Shown: positions 41,923 through 53,219, counted from the stretch's first letter. The stretch: 64,000 bases of DNA from a bacterium (GCA_965261595.1 CBDHDG010000006.1:1280001-1344000); one strand, 5' to 3'. Notes: generated by a model not told the origin, from the letters alone. Made by a program: numbers and translations.

Positions 41923-42106
41923 CGGCACACCGGCGCCGCCACCGCTTCCCCGCCGAGCGACCTGCCGCCCGGCATCCTTCCGCAATCCGCCTCGCGGTCC
42001 CGCGTGCGCGCCCCCGCGAGGCCGAGCCGGGCCGGGACCGGTCGCAGGACGGACGGCCGGAGCGGCCGTTCCCCGCGCCATCCACTTTCATCCATGGGAG
42101 ATACGC

Positions 42107-44425
42107 ATGAACCGCATCGCTTCCACGCCCGAACCCGTCATCCGAACCATCCCGCTGAGCCGGCTGGATCTGGCCCCGGAGAACGTGCGCAAGACCCCGG
42201 CCGATCCGGCTGCGCTGGCCGAGCTTAAGGCCTCCATCGCGGCCCACGGGCTGCTCGAGAACCTCGTCGTCCGGGCCCAAGGCTCAGGCGACCATGGTGC
42301 CGGCCGCTACGCGGTCATCGCCGGCGGCCGCCGTCTCGCCGCCATGAGAGCCCTCGTCAGCGAGGGCGTGCTGGATAAGGACCACCCCGTGCCCTGCCTG
42401 ATTGCCGTCAATGGCGATTGCGGAGAGCTGTCTCTCGCAGAGAACGTGGTCCGCATCGCCATGCACCCGGCCGACCAGGTGATCGCGTTCTACAGGCTCG
42501 CCGAATCCGGCGTGACGATATCCGCGATCGCCGCGCGCTTCGGCATCTCCGAGCGCCTGGTCGAACAGCGCCTGCGGCTGAGCCGTGCGGCCCCGGAACT
42601 GCTCGACGCCTACCGGGCCGAGGAGATCGACCTGGAGACCCTGAAGGTCTTCGCGGTCACGACCGACCACGGCCGCCAGAGGGCGGTCTGGGAGCAGGTG
42701 AAGGATCAGGGCTGCCGGCCCGGGGCCTGGCAGGTGAAGCGCATGCTGACCGAGGACAGCGTGCCGGGAGCCGCCGCCATCGCGCGCTTCGTCGGTATCG
42801 ACGCCTACGAGGCCGCGGGCGGGACCATCACCCGGGACCTCTTCGCACAGGAGGACGACCGCGGGATCTGGTTCGACGATCCCGTGCTCCTGAACAAGCT
42901 CGCCATGCAGAAGCTCCAGGACACGGCGGACGAGCTGGACACCCGCTGGAAGTGGGCCGAGGCGGCGCCGGAGTTGGACTGGAGCGCGACCGCGCGGTTC
43001 GGGCGCATCCGGCCCGAGCCCGCGGAGCCGACCGACGAGGAGCGGGCCGAGCTCCAGCGGCTGAGCGCCCGCCACGACGAGTTCGCCGACATGGACGACG
43101 AGGACTGGACCGGGGATCTCATAGAAGAGGCCGAAGGCATCGAAACGCGTCTCGATGAGATCCATGCGGCCGTGGATGCGCGGGCCACCTTCCGGCCCGA
43201 GGACATGGCCATGGCCGGGTGCATCGCGACCATCGGCCAGGACGGCGCGCTCCAGGTCATCCAGGGCCTGGTCAGGCCCGAGGACATGCCCAAAAAGGCC
43301 GGCAAGGGCGCAGACGGACTGGAAGCCGACACTGGGGACAGCGGCGCAGCCGAGCTTGGCCGCGTCGATGGCCCCGAGATCTCGGCCCCCATCGCTTCGC
43401 CTCCCGACCCGCGCGCCAAGGCCCGGGAGGAGGCCGGAGTGGGCATCGGCCTCGCCGACGACCTGCGGGCGGTCCGCACGGCCCTGGTCAAGGCGCATCT
43501 GGCCAAGGACTACGAGGCGGCGTTCGATCTCATGCTGTTCCAGCTCGCCCGGGCCGTGTTCACGAACGTCCACCGGGCCGACGCCCTCGACGTCGCCGTC
43601 AAGGAGACCGCCGACCGGCCCGCGTCGCGCATGAACGACGAGGCGTTCGCCGGATGGAGCCCGGGCGAGGCCATGCTCGCGGACCGCTCAGGCCTCTCCC
43701 TCGACTGGATGGAGCAGGAGGACGAGGGCGAGTCCTTCGCGGCCTTGCGGGCCCTTCCCCAGGCGGAGAAGCAGGCCCTGTTCTCAGCAGCGGTGGCGCG
43801 CACGGTCAAGGGCCAGCTCGCCTTCGAGCCGGACGCCCGGCCCGAGTTGGAAGCCACCATCGCCCGGCTCGACATCGACTTCACCGCCCATGTACGACCA
43901 AGCGCGGACATGCTGTGGTCGCGCATTCGCAAGGACCGGATCCTCGCCGTGGCGCGCGAGACCCTGGGCCCTGCCTGGGCCTCGGCGCGCTCGAAGTACA
44001 AGAAGGCCGACCTCGCCAAGGCGATGGAAGGGGCTTTCGCGGCCGGAGACCCGCCCGTCGGACTCACCGCCTCTGCCAGAGCCGCCGCCCTCGCCTGGAC
44101 GCCGCCCGGCTTCGCGCCCTTCGACACGGGCCGCGTGGAGGAGCCGGACAGGGACGTCCCGCCGGCTGGCGAACCCGAACCGGATCCCGCTCCGGTTCCG
44201 GACACCATGGAAGTCGTTGATGACGGCGTCCCCGATACGGTCGGCGGCGATGCGTCGGAAGCCTCGGGTCCCGGTGTGCCGGCAGACAGGGACCCCGGCC
44301 CGGAGACCGCCAATGGCGGCCCCAGCATCGACGTGTCCCAGGAGAACGTCCTCACCCCGCCACGGACCAACGGCCGCGACAGCGGCGACGGACTCGACAT
44401 TCCCGAGTTCCTGCGCCGGGCCTGA
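42107..44425 (+). CDS. Large ParB/RepB/Spo0J-family protein
   Basis: ENVRKT..LKASIAAHGLLENLVV..VIAGGRRLAA..SLAENVVR..MHPADQ. Confidence 0.9.
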   Translation: MNRIASTPEPVIRTIPLSRLDLAPENVRKTPADPAALAELKASIAAHGLLENLVVRAQGSGDHGAGRYAVIAGGRRLAAMRALVSEGVLDKDHPVPCLIAVNGDCGELSLAENVVRIAMHPADQVIAFYRLAESGVTISAIAARFGISERLVEQRLRLSRAAPELLDAYRAEEIDLETLKVFAVTTDHGRQRAVWEQVKDQGCRPGAWQVKRMLTEDSVPGAAAIARFVGIDAYEAAGGTITRDLFAQEDDRGIWFDDPVLLNKLAMQKLQDTADELDTRWKWAEAAPELDWSATARFGRIRPEPAEPTDEERAELQRLSARHDEFADMDDEDWTGDLIEEAEGIETRLDEIHAAVDARATFRPEDMAMAGCIATIGQDGALQVIQGLVRPEDMPKKAGKGADGLEADTGDSGAAELGRVDGPEISAPIASPPDPRAKAREEAGVGIGLADDLRAVRTALVKAHLAKDYEAAFDLMLFQLARAVFTNVHRADALDVAVKETADRPASRMNDEAFAGWSPGEAMLADRSGLSLDWMEQEDEGESFAALRALPQAEKQALFSAAVARTVKGQLAFEPDARPELEATIARLDIDFTAHVRPSADMLWSRIRKDRILAVARETLGPAWASARSKYKKADLAKAMEGAFAAGDPPVGLTASARAAALAWTPPGFAPFDTGRVEEPDRDVPPAGEPEPDPAPVPDTMEVVDDGVPDTVGGDASEASGPGVPADRDPGPETANGGPSIDVSQENVLTPPRTNGRDSGDGLDIPEFLRRA

Positions 44426-44451
44426 ACCGTCCCCGCATTCCCATCCCTCAT

Positions 44452-44490
44452 GCGCCCCGCCGGTCCCGCGCCGGCGGGGCGCTTTTCGTT
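44452..44490 (+). terminator. Putative intrinsic terminator
   Basis: GCGCCCCGCCGG..CCGGCGGGGCGC followed by TTTTCGTT. Confidence 0.6.
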
Positions 44491-44517
44491 TCGGCCGCTT
44501 CCACGGAGACTATCGCC

Positions 44518-46266
44518 ATGAACGACATTTCCGGCACGGGGCCCCGGCCCTGGCTTGGCCGCATCCGGGCGAAGATCCATGACAGCGCCCTCCAGCGCGT
44601 CACCCGGCTCTGGGCCGCCACAACCATCGACACCCTCGTGGAGAGTTTCCAGAATGGCAGAAGGGCCGGCGCGACGCGCGTGTCGGTGATCGTTACCGAT
44701 CCCGCCGGTGAGCCATCCGACAACAGCGCCCTGACCGTCACCGTCACCGATGACGGCATCGGCATCGCCGATCCTGCCGTGCTCCTGAGTCTTGGCGAGA
44801 CCGGATGGGACGGGGAGCTTGCCGGCCGAGAGGACGCGGCCGGGATGGGATTCGCCAGCCATGCCCGCCAAGGCTGCCGCATCGTCTCGCGTCCCCGCTC
44901 CGACAGTGGACAACCCGCCCCCGGCTGGCGCGTCGATCTCACGCCCGCGCATTTCCTGGGGGAGGAGGAGGCGACCGTCGTCCCGGAGGACGGCGGGCCT
45001 TGGCCCCACGGCACGGCCGTCAGCTTCACGGCCTCGGGCGACCGCGATTCGATCCGCCGGGCGGTCGAAGCCGCGGCCCGCCATTATCCGCTCCCGGTCA
45101 CACTTGACGGGGAGACCGTGCCCCGCCGGGCCTTTCTCGACGGGGCCGTTGACGCCGAGCCTTGGCGGGGACTCGTCTTCGGCGTGTTCGTGGGCCGCAG
45201 CCGCGGCTGCAGCGAGCCCGACCTCAACTTCCACGGCCTCACCCTGCCGGTGCGCCTGCCCACGGTCGATCCCGTGACCGGCCAGACCTGGTCGGTCCGC
45301 GCCGAGGTTGCGAGCTGTCCCGAACTGGAGCTCGTCCTGCCGGCCCGCAAGGAGGCCGTCGAGACCCCTTTCCTGAACGAGACGCGAGAGGCCGCGCGGC
45401 TCGCCGTCTACCGGGTCATGGCGTCGACCGAGGCGCCGCCGCGCATCGCCTTCGAGGACTGGACCCGGGCGCGGGAAGCCGGGATCGAGCTTCCGATACC
45501 GTCCCCCCAACTGCGTCCCTGGCGTCCCTGCATCGCCGATATCGACGATTGGCGCGAGGCGCCCGCTCTCGCATCCGTATCCAACGACGCGCTCGTGATG
45601 CACGTGGATCCCGAACCGCCCGAATCCCAGGCCCTCTGGCGCGCCGCCGAACATGGCGGGATAGCCCCACGGCTCTTCGAGGCCGACCGCCGGCTTGACG
45701 GCTACGGCTGGTACGACGCGCTTCCCCGCGTCACCGATGTCCGCACCGAGATCGTGACCGGCGGCGAGGCCCGTCCGCTGGAGGACTACCGGACTCCGTC
45801 AGAAGGATCCAGCCCCATCGAGCCGCCTCCACGGCCGGATTGGATCCGCATTTGCCTCGATGTCGAGGGCGTGAACGGCAAGACCAAGACCCTCGATCTC
45901 GACGCCGATCTCGCATTTTCCGGAGAAGCCTGGGTCTGGCTTCCCGATGCGAAGCCGCTGGTCACGGCCGAGAGCGCCCTTGAGCCCGCCGAACTGGCCG
46001 AGCTGCTGCGCGCCGCCTACTTCTCTCCGTCGGATGAAGCGGATTCGGACAGTTGGGAGACCCAGCGCCTGCGCTTCGACGAAGAGGCCATGCACATAGC
46101 CGTGAAGCTCCTTTGCTCGGCGGACGAGGCCCGCCGGACATCCATCGCCGAAGCGGTCAGGCGCGAGCTGTTCTGGCTCATCCCCCGGGACCGCGAGGTC
46201 ACCATTGCCGTGCGCGGGAGGGAGGTCAGCGTCGATCTCGGCGCCGCCAGGGAGACTGCGGGATGA
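44518..46266 (+). CDS. GHKL (HATPase_c-like) ATP-binding protein
   Basis: ESFQNGRRAGA, VTDDGIG, EDAAGMGFAS. Confidence 0.8.
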   Translation: MNDISGTGPRPWLGRIRAKIHDSALQRVTRLWAATTIDTLVESFQNGRRAGATRVSVIVTDPAGEPSDNSALTVTVTDDGIGIADPAVLLSLGETGWDGELAGREDAAGMGFASHARQGCRIVSRPRSDSGQPAPGWRVDLTPAHFLGEEEATVVPEDGGPWPHGTAVSFTASGDRDSIRRAVEAAARHYPLPVTLDGETVPRRAFLDGAVDAEPWRGLVFGVFVGRSRGCSEPDLNFHGLTLPVRLPTVDPVTGQTWSVRAEVASCPELELVLPARKEAVETPFLNETREAARLAVYRVMASTEAPPRIAFEDWTRAREAGIELPIPSPQLRPWRPCIADIDDWREAPALASVSNDALVMHVDPEPPESQALWRAAEHGGIAPRLFEADRRLDGYGWYDALPRVTDVRTEIVTGGEARPLEDYRTPSEGSSPIEPPPRPDWIRICLDVEGVNGKTKTLDLDADLAFSGEAWVWLPDAKPLVTAESALEPAELAELLRAAYFSPSDEADSDSWETQRLRFDEEAMHIAVKLLCSADEARRTSIAEAVRRELFWLIPRDREVTIAVRGREVSVDLGAARETAG

Positions 46267-46742
46267 AGAAGCCATACACGGTCCAGTGCGCCCATGCGGC
46301 CTATTACGGCAACATCGTCACCGTCGAGGCCGACACCCTGGACAAGGCGATCCAGGAAGCCGACGGCGATGCGGACGGCTGGCGTTCCATGGACGATGCC
46401 GGCCCGACCTTCGTCGTCGAAGTCCGCGAGGGAACCCACCTCGATCCCCTGGATCGCGAGACCCCGGCGCTTCCCATCCCCGACCGATTCACCGAGCAGG
46501 GCGAGCCGCCGGTGGTCACCCTGATTGATCCCGGTCAGCCAGGCGGCGGCGCCATCGAGGTTTCCCGGGGCCGGGTTCTGCTTTGCTTCACGACCCGGAA
46601 CGGAACGGTCACGGGCGAGCTTTCCGATCCGCCCCATCCCCCGGCCAACCACCCCCTCGTCGTCATCCGGCGCCGCGCCGACGGCGCGCCCGACGTCACC
46701 GTGACCGAGGGCCGGGCCCGGGTCCGCATCCTCGACCCCTGA
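46263..46742 (+). CDS. Hypothetical protein
   Basis: ATGA overlap with the upstream gene; coding-like composition. Confidence 0.65.
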   Translation: MKKPYTVQCAHAAYYGNIVTVEADTLDKAIQEADGDADGWRSMDDAGPTFVVEVREGTHLDPLDRETPALPIPDRFTEQGEPPVVTLIDPGQPGGGAIEVSRGRVLLCFTTRNGTVTGELSDPPHPPANHPLVVIRRRADGAPDVTVTEGRARVRILDP

Positions 46743-46905
46743 CCCCGGCTTCCCGCCGCCGACCGGACCGCCCGTCCGCGCCGTCCTCCAACCATCGCCC
46801 ACAGTCCGTTTCGTACCGCCCGGAGCCGATTGCCGGCGGTGCGGAGCAACCAAGACGCGGAAGCGGCCTCCGCTTCCGCTCCCTCATCTCCGGGAGACAC
46901 GTTCC

Positions 46906-47295
46906 ATGGAACTCATGACCAAAAAGCAGCGCGAAAAACTGCTCGCCAACGGCGCCGACCGCGGGGCCGACCACGTGCCCGTGGTCAAGCTCTTCAACCC
47001 CTGCGGAGCGGGAACGTGGATCGTCACGGAGCTGGATCCCGAGGATCCCTCCGTGGCTTTCGGACTCGCGGATCTCGGCTTCGGCTTTCCCGAGCTGGGC
47101 AGTTTCAGTCTCGAAGAACTGGAAGCCTTCCGGGGCCCGTTCGGCCTCGGGATCGAGCGTGACCTTCATTTCGAGGGCAAGTACGCGATTTCCACCTATG
47201 CCGAAGCCGCCCGGGCCGCCGGCCATATCGTCGAGTACGGGCCTGAACTCGAGGCCGCCGCGTACCGCCGCACCCACGCGGCAGCCGGCGCCTGA
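46906..47295 (+). CDS. DUF2958-family protein
   Basis: PVVKLFNP.G..TW..TE..FGLADLG.G.PELG...IERDLHF. Confidence 0.88.
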   Translation: MELMTKKQREKLLANGADRGADHVPVVKLFNPCGAGTWIVTELDPEDPSVAFGLADLGFGFPELGSFSLEELEAFRGPFGLGIERDLHFEGKYAISTYAEAARAAGHIVEYGPELEAAAYRRTHAAAGA

Positions 47296-47453
47296 CCCTG
47301 GCCTCCCGTCGCCAGCCACACCGGGATTCAGCGGCGACGCGCCTTGCGTCTCTATGAGACGAGCCTGGCCCGGCCGGGTCGATCCGTGAGGCCCGGGGGC
47401 GTTTCCCCCCCGCCAGCCCCCGACTTCCAAGACTTCCGAGGAGAAGACCCCCC

Positions 47454-50400
47454 ATGCCCCACGCCCTGACGGCGGCGGAGGGCGAGCGTGCGAGTGCTCG
47501 TCCATACGTCCCCCGGTCCATCCCGTCCATACCCACGGCCGCGCTCTTCACCGCCGCCCAGGCCCTGTGGCCTGTACTGACAGCCGGCCGGCCTCTCGAC
47601 GCGGCCGCCCTTCGTGGGGCCATGACCCAGGCCTTCGGGGCCACCGACGCCGAGGGGGCCTGGGTCTGGAAGGACGCCTACGAGGCCGCCGAAGCGGCCG
47701 TCGTGCTCTTCCTGAAGTGCTACGGCCGGGCCATGCGCCGCCGGGCCGGAGCCGGCGGCCCGCCCGCCATGCTGGCCCTGCTGCAAAAGATCGCGGCCCT
47801 GGAGCCCTCCCACACGAAGCGATCCGAGTCCCAGGTCCGGCTCCAGCAGTTCTCCACGCCCCTGGGCCTCGCCTATGCGGCCTTGCAGGCGGCCGCCATC
47901 CGGCCCGGCGACATCGTGCTCGAACCCAGCGCCGGGACCGGGATCCTCGCCGTCATGGCCGAGTGCGCCCTCGGAACCGGCGGCGAAGGCGCGCTCCATC
48001 TGAACGAGATCGCCGGGACCCGGGCCGGCCTCCTGTCCCGGCTCTTCCCCAAGGCCTCGGTGACCGGGTTCAACGCCGAGGCCATCGCCGACCGTCTCCC
48101 GGACGTCCGGCCGACCGTGGTGCTCATGAACCCGCCGTTCTCCGCGAGTCCGGGGGTGCATCGCATCCGCCATGACGCTGACCTGCGCCACCTTCGCTCG
48201 GCCTTCGCCATGCTGGGGCTTGGGGGCCGGCTCGTGGCCGTCACCTCGGCGGGCTGCATGCCCGGGGACAGGGTCTGGAAGGACGCCTTCGAGCGTCTCG
48301 ATCCCCCGGCCCGCGTCGTCTTCTCCATGGCCATTGACGGCCGGGCCTATGCCAGACGCGGGACCACCTTCGACACCCGCCTGACCGTGCTCGACCGGAG
48401 CGGGGACCGCGAGCATGCCGCCATCGATCCCGCGGCCCGGGCAAACAGCTCCGCCGAGCTCCTCGAAGCCGTCATGGCGGGCGTGCCGGCGCGCCTCGCC
48501 ACTGGCGCTGTCGAGATCCCGGACACAGCCGCTCCGCTCCGGGACCTCTTCGGCGACACGGCCCCGGTCAAGTCAAAAGAGCGCAAGACCACGGCCAAGC
48601 CCGCCCACCGGCCGGCCGAAGACAAGGACCGCCGTCACGACTGGGGGCCTGTGTCCGAGCTCGCGTATGCGACGGCCCCGGTCTCCGTTGATGCCCCCGC
48701 CGGCTCCGAGACCGCTACCGGCCCCTATGCGCCCTGGAAGCCGGGCATTGTCCATGTCCCGGGCGCCGTCGTCCATCCCACGCCCCTGGTCCAGTCCGCG
48801 GCCATGGCCGCCGTACCGCATCCCGGCCCGTCCTACCGCCCGATGCTGCCGGAGCGCGTGGTGACGGACGGCCTGCTCTCCGACGCCCAGATCGAGAGCG
48901 TCGTCCTGGCCGGCGAGGCCCACAACCGCCATCTCTCGGCCCGCTACCGCATCGGCGCCCAATGGGAGACCGTCCACCGCTGCAACGACGATGATGCCGG
49001 GGTCCGTACCGCCGGCGCGACCGAGGACGGCGAGGCGCTCTCCGAGACGGTGCGCTTCCGCCGCGGCTGGATGCTGGGCGACGGCACGGGATGCGGCAAG
49101 GGCAGGCAGGTCGCCGGGATCCTCCTCGACAACCGGCTCCGCGGAAGGAAGCGGGCCCTGTGGCTCTCGCAGTCCGACAAGCTCGTGGAGGACGCCCGCC
49201 GGGACTGGGCCGCCCTCGGGGGGAACGAGGACGATGTGATCCCCTTGGGCAAGTTCCGCCAGGGAGCGGAGATCCCGCTCCCGGAGGGCGTCCTGTTCGC
49301 GACCTACGCCACGCTGCGCTCGCCGGCCCGCCAGGGCAAGGCCTCGAGGCTCGAGCAGATCGTCTCCTGGCTCGCGGGGGGAACGGAACAAGACCAGCGT
49401 CACGCCTTCGACGGCGTGATCGTGTTCGACGAGGCCCACGCCATGGCCAACGCGGCCGGCTCCAAGGGAGCGCGCGGGGAGGTCAAGCCCTCGGCCCAGG
49501 GACGGGCCGGACTCAGGCTTCAGAACGCGCTGCCCGACGCCCGTGTTCTCTACGTCTCGGCCACGGGCGCCAGCACCGTGCCCGGCCTCTCCTACGCCGG
49601 ACGCCTCGGCCTCTGGGGAGCGGAGGAGACGCCCTTCGAGACCCGGGGGGATTTCGTGTCGGCCATGGAGGCTGGAGGCGTCGCCGCCATGGAGGTGGTC
49701 GCCAGGGACTTGAAAGCCCTCGGGCTCTACCAGGCCAGGGCACTGGCCTATGACGGGGTGGAGATCGACATCCTGCAGCACGCGCTTACGCCCGAGCAGC
49801 GGCGCATCTACGACGCCTATGCAGGCGCCTTCAAGGTGATCCACGCCAACCTCCAGGACGCGCTCGAGGCCACCGGCGTCATGCAGGGAGACTCGACGCT
49901 GAACAGGAACGCCAAGTCCGCGGCCCTGAGCGCCTTCGAGGGGGCGAAACAACGCTTTTTCGGCCACCTGCTGACCGGCATGAAGTGCCCGTCCCTGATC
50001 CGCGCCGTCGAGGCCGATCTCGATGCCGGCCGGTCGGCCGTGATCCAGCTTGTCTCCACGGGCGAGGCCCTGATGGAGCGCCGCATCGCCGAGATCCCCG
50101 CGTCCGAATGGGACGACCTCTCCATCGACCTCACGCCGAGGGAATACGTTCTGGACTTCCTGGCCCACGCCTTCCCGGCGCAGCTCCAGGAGCCCTTCAC
50201 CGACGAGGAAGGGTACCTCATGAGCCGGCCCGTGTTCGACACCGACGGCAACCCCGTGCTCTGCCAGGAGGCCCTGGCCAAACGCGAGGCCCTGATCGGG
50301 AAACTGGCCTCCCTTCCGCCCGTGCAGTCGGCCCTGGACCGGATCCTCCACCACTTCGGCCACGAGGCCGTGGCCGAGGTCACGGGCCGGTCCCGCCGGG

Positions 50401-51944
50401 TGCTCAGGATCGCGGACGGCCGGGGCGAGCGCCTGGCGCTGCGCAGCCGGCCCGCCTCCGCAAGCCTGACCGAGACCGCCGCCTTCATGGACGGGGAGAA
50501 GAAGATACTCGTCTTCTCCATGGCCGGCGGCACGGGACGCAGCTACCACGCGGATCTTGCATGCGGCAACACCGTGCGCCGGGTCCACTACCTGCTCGAG
50601 CCCGGCTGGCGGGCCGATCAGGCCATACAGGGGCTGGGCCGTACCCACAGGACCCACCAGGCGTCGGCCCCCGTGTTCCGGCCCGTGACCACGGACGTGA
50701 AGGGCGAGAGGCGGTTCATCGCCACCATCGCGAGAAGGCTCGACTCCCTCGGGGCCATCACCCGGGGCCAGCGGGACTCCCAGACCGCCATGGCCGGCGA
50801 TGACGCGGCGCTGTTCCGCGAGAGCGACAACCTGGAGAGCGCCTACGCCAAGGCGGCGTTGAGACGGTTCTACATTGCGCTGTGGCGCGGCCGCATACCG
50901 GGCTGGTCCCTCGGCCGCTTCGAGGAGGCCACCGGCCTCGCCCTCACCTGGGAGGGAGCGCTCAAGGACGACCTGCCGCCCATGTCCAGGTTCCTGAACC
51001 GCCTGCTGGCCCTCCCCATCGACGAGCAGAACGCGCTCTTCGCCGAGCTGGAGTGCCTCATCGCGGAGAACGTCGAGCAGGCGATCGAGGCCGGCGCCCA
51101 TGACATCGGCGTGGAGACCCTGCAGGCCGACTCGCTCGCGGTGGCCGGCCGGGAGACCCTCTACACCCACCCCGGGACCGGGGCCGCGACCGATCTCGTC
51201 GAGATCCTCCTCCGCGACCGGCTGGAGCCGACCCCGGCGGACGCGGCGCTCGAGATCGGGACCCAGGGCGGGGACAGCCGGCCTGGGCTCGTCGTCAACA
51301 GCCGCTCGGGACGAGGGGCCGTTGTCCTGCCCGCGCCGTCCAGGATGCTCGACGACGGCGGGGTGCAGGAGCGGGTGCGCCTCCTGCGGCCCACGGCCCG
51401 GGAAGCCATGGCCAGGGCCGAGCTCGAGGCCTCGAACTGGCGCAGGGCCTCGGAGGGGGAGTGGCGTTCCCGCTGGGAGGAGGAGATCGCCGGCCTGCCA
51501 ACCCATACCGAGTCCCGCTTCTGGCTCGTCACCGGGCTGCTCCTGCCGATCTGGGACCGGCTCGGAATGGAGAACATGCGCGTGCGCCGGCTGTTGACCG
51601 ACGCCGGCGAGGCGATGATCGGCCGCGTGCTCGACGCCGAACAGGTACGGGCCGCGCGCACCTCTTTCGGCCTTGCCGGCGGTCCCGGCATGACCCCCCT
51701 CGAGACCTTCGAGGCGGTCATGGGGCGAGGCGCGTCGTTCGGCCTCGCGAACGGCTGGCGTCTTGCGCGCCGGCGCATCATGGGGGCCGACCGCGTCGAG
51801 ATAGAGGGTCCCGTTGACGGCGACATCGCCGCGCTCAAGCGCATGGGGTGCATCGTCGAGATCGTCTCCTGGCGCTCACGCCTCTTCGTCCCCGACGCCG
51901 GCGTGCTCGAACGCGTCATCGAGCGCTGGCCCATCGCGGCCTGA
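47454..51944 (+). CDS. Strawberry-notch-family helicase fused to an N6-adenine-type methyltransferase
   Basis: QQFSTP, VLEPSAGTG, MNPPF; LSDAQIE, GDGTGCGKGRQ, FDEAH, YVSATGA, QGLGRTHRTHQ. Confidence 0.92.
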   Translation: MPHALTAAEGERASARPYVPRSIPSIPTAALFTAAQALWPVLTAGRPLDAAALRGAMTQAFGATDAEGAWVWKDAYEAAEAAVVLFLKCYGRAMRRRAGAGGPPAMLALLQKIAALEPSHTKRSESQVRLQQFSTPLGLAYAALQAAAIRPGDIVLEPSAGTGILAVMAECALGTGGEGALHLNEIAGTRAGLLSRLFPKASVTGFNAEAIADRLPDVRPTVVLMNPPFSASPGVHRIRHDADLRHLRSAFAMLGLGGRLVAVTSAGCMPGDRVWKDAFERLDPPARVVFSMAIDGRAYARRGTTFDTRLTVLDRSGDREHAAIDPAARANSSAELLEAVMAGVPARLATGAVEIPDTAAPLRDLFGDTAPVKSKERKTTAKPAHRPAEDKDRRHDWGPVSELAYATAPVSVDAPAGSETATGPYAPWKPGIVHVPGAVVHPTPLVQSAAMAAVPHPGPSYRPMLPERVVTDGLLSDAQIESVVLAGEAHNRHLSARYRIGAQWETVHRCNDDDAGVRTAGATEDGEALSETVRFRRGWMLGDGTGCGKGRQVAGILLDNRLRGRKRALWLSQSDKLVEDARRDWAALGGNEDDVIPLGKFRQGAEIPLPEGVLFATYATLRSPARQGKASRLEQIVSWLAGGTEQDQRHAFDGVIVFDEAHAMANAAGSKGARGEVKPSAQGRAGLRLQNALPDARVLYVSATGASTVPGLSYAGRLGLWGAEETPFETRGDFVSAMEAGGVAAMEVVARDLKALGLYQARALAYDGVEIDILQHALTPEQRRIYDAYAGAFKVIHANLQDALEATGVMQGDSTLNRNAKSAALSAFEGAKQRFFGHLLTGMKCPSLIRAVEADLDAGRSAVIQLVSTGEALMERRIAEIPASEWDDLSIDLTPREYVLDFLAHAFPAQLQEPFTDEEGYLMSRPVFDTDGNPVLCQEALAKREALIGKLASLPPVQSALDRILHHFGHEAVAEVTGRSRRVLRIADGRGERLALRSRPASASLTETAAFMDGEKKILVFSMAGGTGRSYHADLACGNTVRRVHYLLEPGWRADQAIQGLGRTHRTHQASAPVFRPVTTDVKGERRFIATIARRLDSLGAITRGQRDSQTAMAGDDAALFRESDNLESAYAKAALRRFYIALWRGRIPGWSLGRFEEATGLALTWEGALKDDLPPMSRFLNRLLALPIDEQNALFAELECLIAENVEQAIEAGAHDIGVETLQADSLAVAGRETLYTHPGTGAATDLVEILLRDRLEPTPADAALEIGTQGGDSRPGLVVNSRSGRGAVVLPAPSRMLDDGGVQERVRLLRPTAREAMARAELEASNWRRASEGEWRSRWEEEIAGLPTHTESRFWLVTGLLLPIWDRLGMENMRVRRLLTDAGEAMIGRVLDAEQVRAARTSFGLAGGPGMTPLETFEAVMGRGASFGLANGWRLARRRIMGADRVEIEGPVDGDIAALKRMGCIVEIVSWRSRLFVPDAGVLERVIERWPIAA

Positions 51945-52124
51945 GCCTGTCCGTACAGCCGGCCCGCCGTCCGCCCGCGGGGGGGGCCGTTCCACCGCCT
52001 TCATCCGTATCGCCGTCCGCCCGGATACGTATCGGCCCGGAGCCGTCTGGAACCCGTATGGCCGGGGGGGGGCCATCACCCACGCCCCCCGGCGCACCGC
52101 CGACACCTCACGGGAGACCCGAAC

Positions 52125-52394
52125 ATGACCGCGCACACCCTGCCGGACAACCCCGACTACGCCTTCTGTCCCGCCTATGACCTCGCCGACGAGCCGCAGC
52201 AGATCCGAATCGTCATCGACGGCATGGCGGGCTACGTCCCCACCGCCCTGGTCGCCCTCACCCTCGAGGACGCCGAGCGCATCTGCGACCGATTGAACGC
52301 TCGCCTCGGACTCTCGCGAAAGGACTGGACCGAACTCGCCGCACGGTCCATGCGCGCCGAGAACGGTGCACCGGACAACGAGACCGTGCACTGA
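52125..52394 (+). CDS. Hypothetical protein
   Basis: GGAGA RBS; co-oriented with the backbone. Confidence 0.6.
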   Translation: MTAHTLPDNPDYAFCPAYDLADEPQQIRIVIDGMAGYVPTALVALTLEDAERICDRLNARLGLSRKDWTELAARSMRAENGAPDNETVH

Positions 52395-52436
52395 GTCGCC
52401 CGCCATGCTGCGCAGCCGGCCCGACGTCCTCCGGCC

Positions 52437-52817
52437 TCAACCCCGCCGCTTGAGCCACCACCACGCCGCCCAGACCGGAAGGCTGAGCACCGCCGCGTAG
52501 ACGGCGATGGCGACCGGGCCGAGCAGTCCCGCCACCAGCGACGCCGCCACCGTGACGGCGCCGAGCCCGATCCCCGCCGTCCAGGCGGCGCGCCGGTAGC
52601 CCAGCCGCCACAGTCGCCGGCATCCCAGCGCCAGCGGCAGGCCGCACGGCGCCACCGGCACCAGCGACCCCGCCCACATCAGCGCCATCCACAGCCACAT
52701 CCCGGGCTCCATCTCCGGCGCGAAGCGCACCGCCGCCGTCGCGACCACTCCGGCGGGCAGCCACAGGAGCGCCAGCAGCCAGAAGCCGCGCCGCTTGATG
52801 AGGCCCTGGTCGTCCAT
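52437..52817 (-). CDS. Small multi-pass membrane protein
   Basis: About four hydrophobic segments. Confidence 0.6.
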   Translation of the reverse strand: MDDQGLIKRRGFWLLALLWLPAGVVATAAVRFAPEMEPGMWLWMALMWAGSLVPVAPCGLPLALGCRRLWRLGYRRAAWTAGIGLGAVTVAASLVAGLLGPVAIAVYAAVLSLPVWAAWWWLKRRG

Positions 52818-53078
52818 GCGCCTTATCCGACTCGAAACTCGCACCGCACGCAAGCCCGAGCGGGTCCGTGTTCGACAACAGCCGGGCGAGGGCGAAGACC
52901 GCGCAAGGTCGGCGAGCGGCTGCCGGCGTCCGTCGCGCCCTCTGAGCTCGCCCCGGGTCCCGTCACCGTCCTTCGAGTCAGAGGGAAGCAAGGGCCGGGC
53001 GAAGACCCGGCAGGGGAGAGGGAGACGGTCTCCCGGTCCCGATGCCGGGAACGGCAATCCCGGACAGGAGGCTAACCC

Positions 53079-53219
53079 ATGCTCGACCGTGACTTCGAAC
53101 CCGACATCCCGACCCATGACGAACTGCTCGCCGAGATCGGCCTCGACTCTTACACCATCCGCAGGATCCTCACCGAAGCGGTCCATGCCGACACCGGCGA
53201 AGGAGAGGCGCTTTCATAG
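53079..53219 (+). CDS. 46-aa acidic hypothetical protein
   Basis: AGGAGG RBS; MLDRDFEPDIPTHDELLAEIGLD.. Confidence 0.5.
   Translation: MLDRDFEPDIPTHDELLAEIGLDSYTIRRILTEAVHADTGEGEALS

Noticed and set aside
48573..51506. 977-aa minus-strand ORF (also 43510-45654, 53541-55667, 1969-3000)
   Set aside because: Antisense shadows of high-GC genes with clear motifs on the + strand
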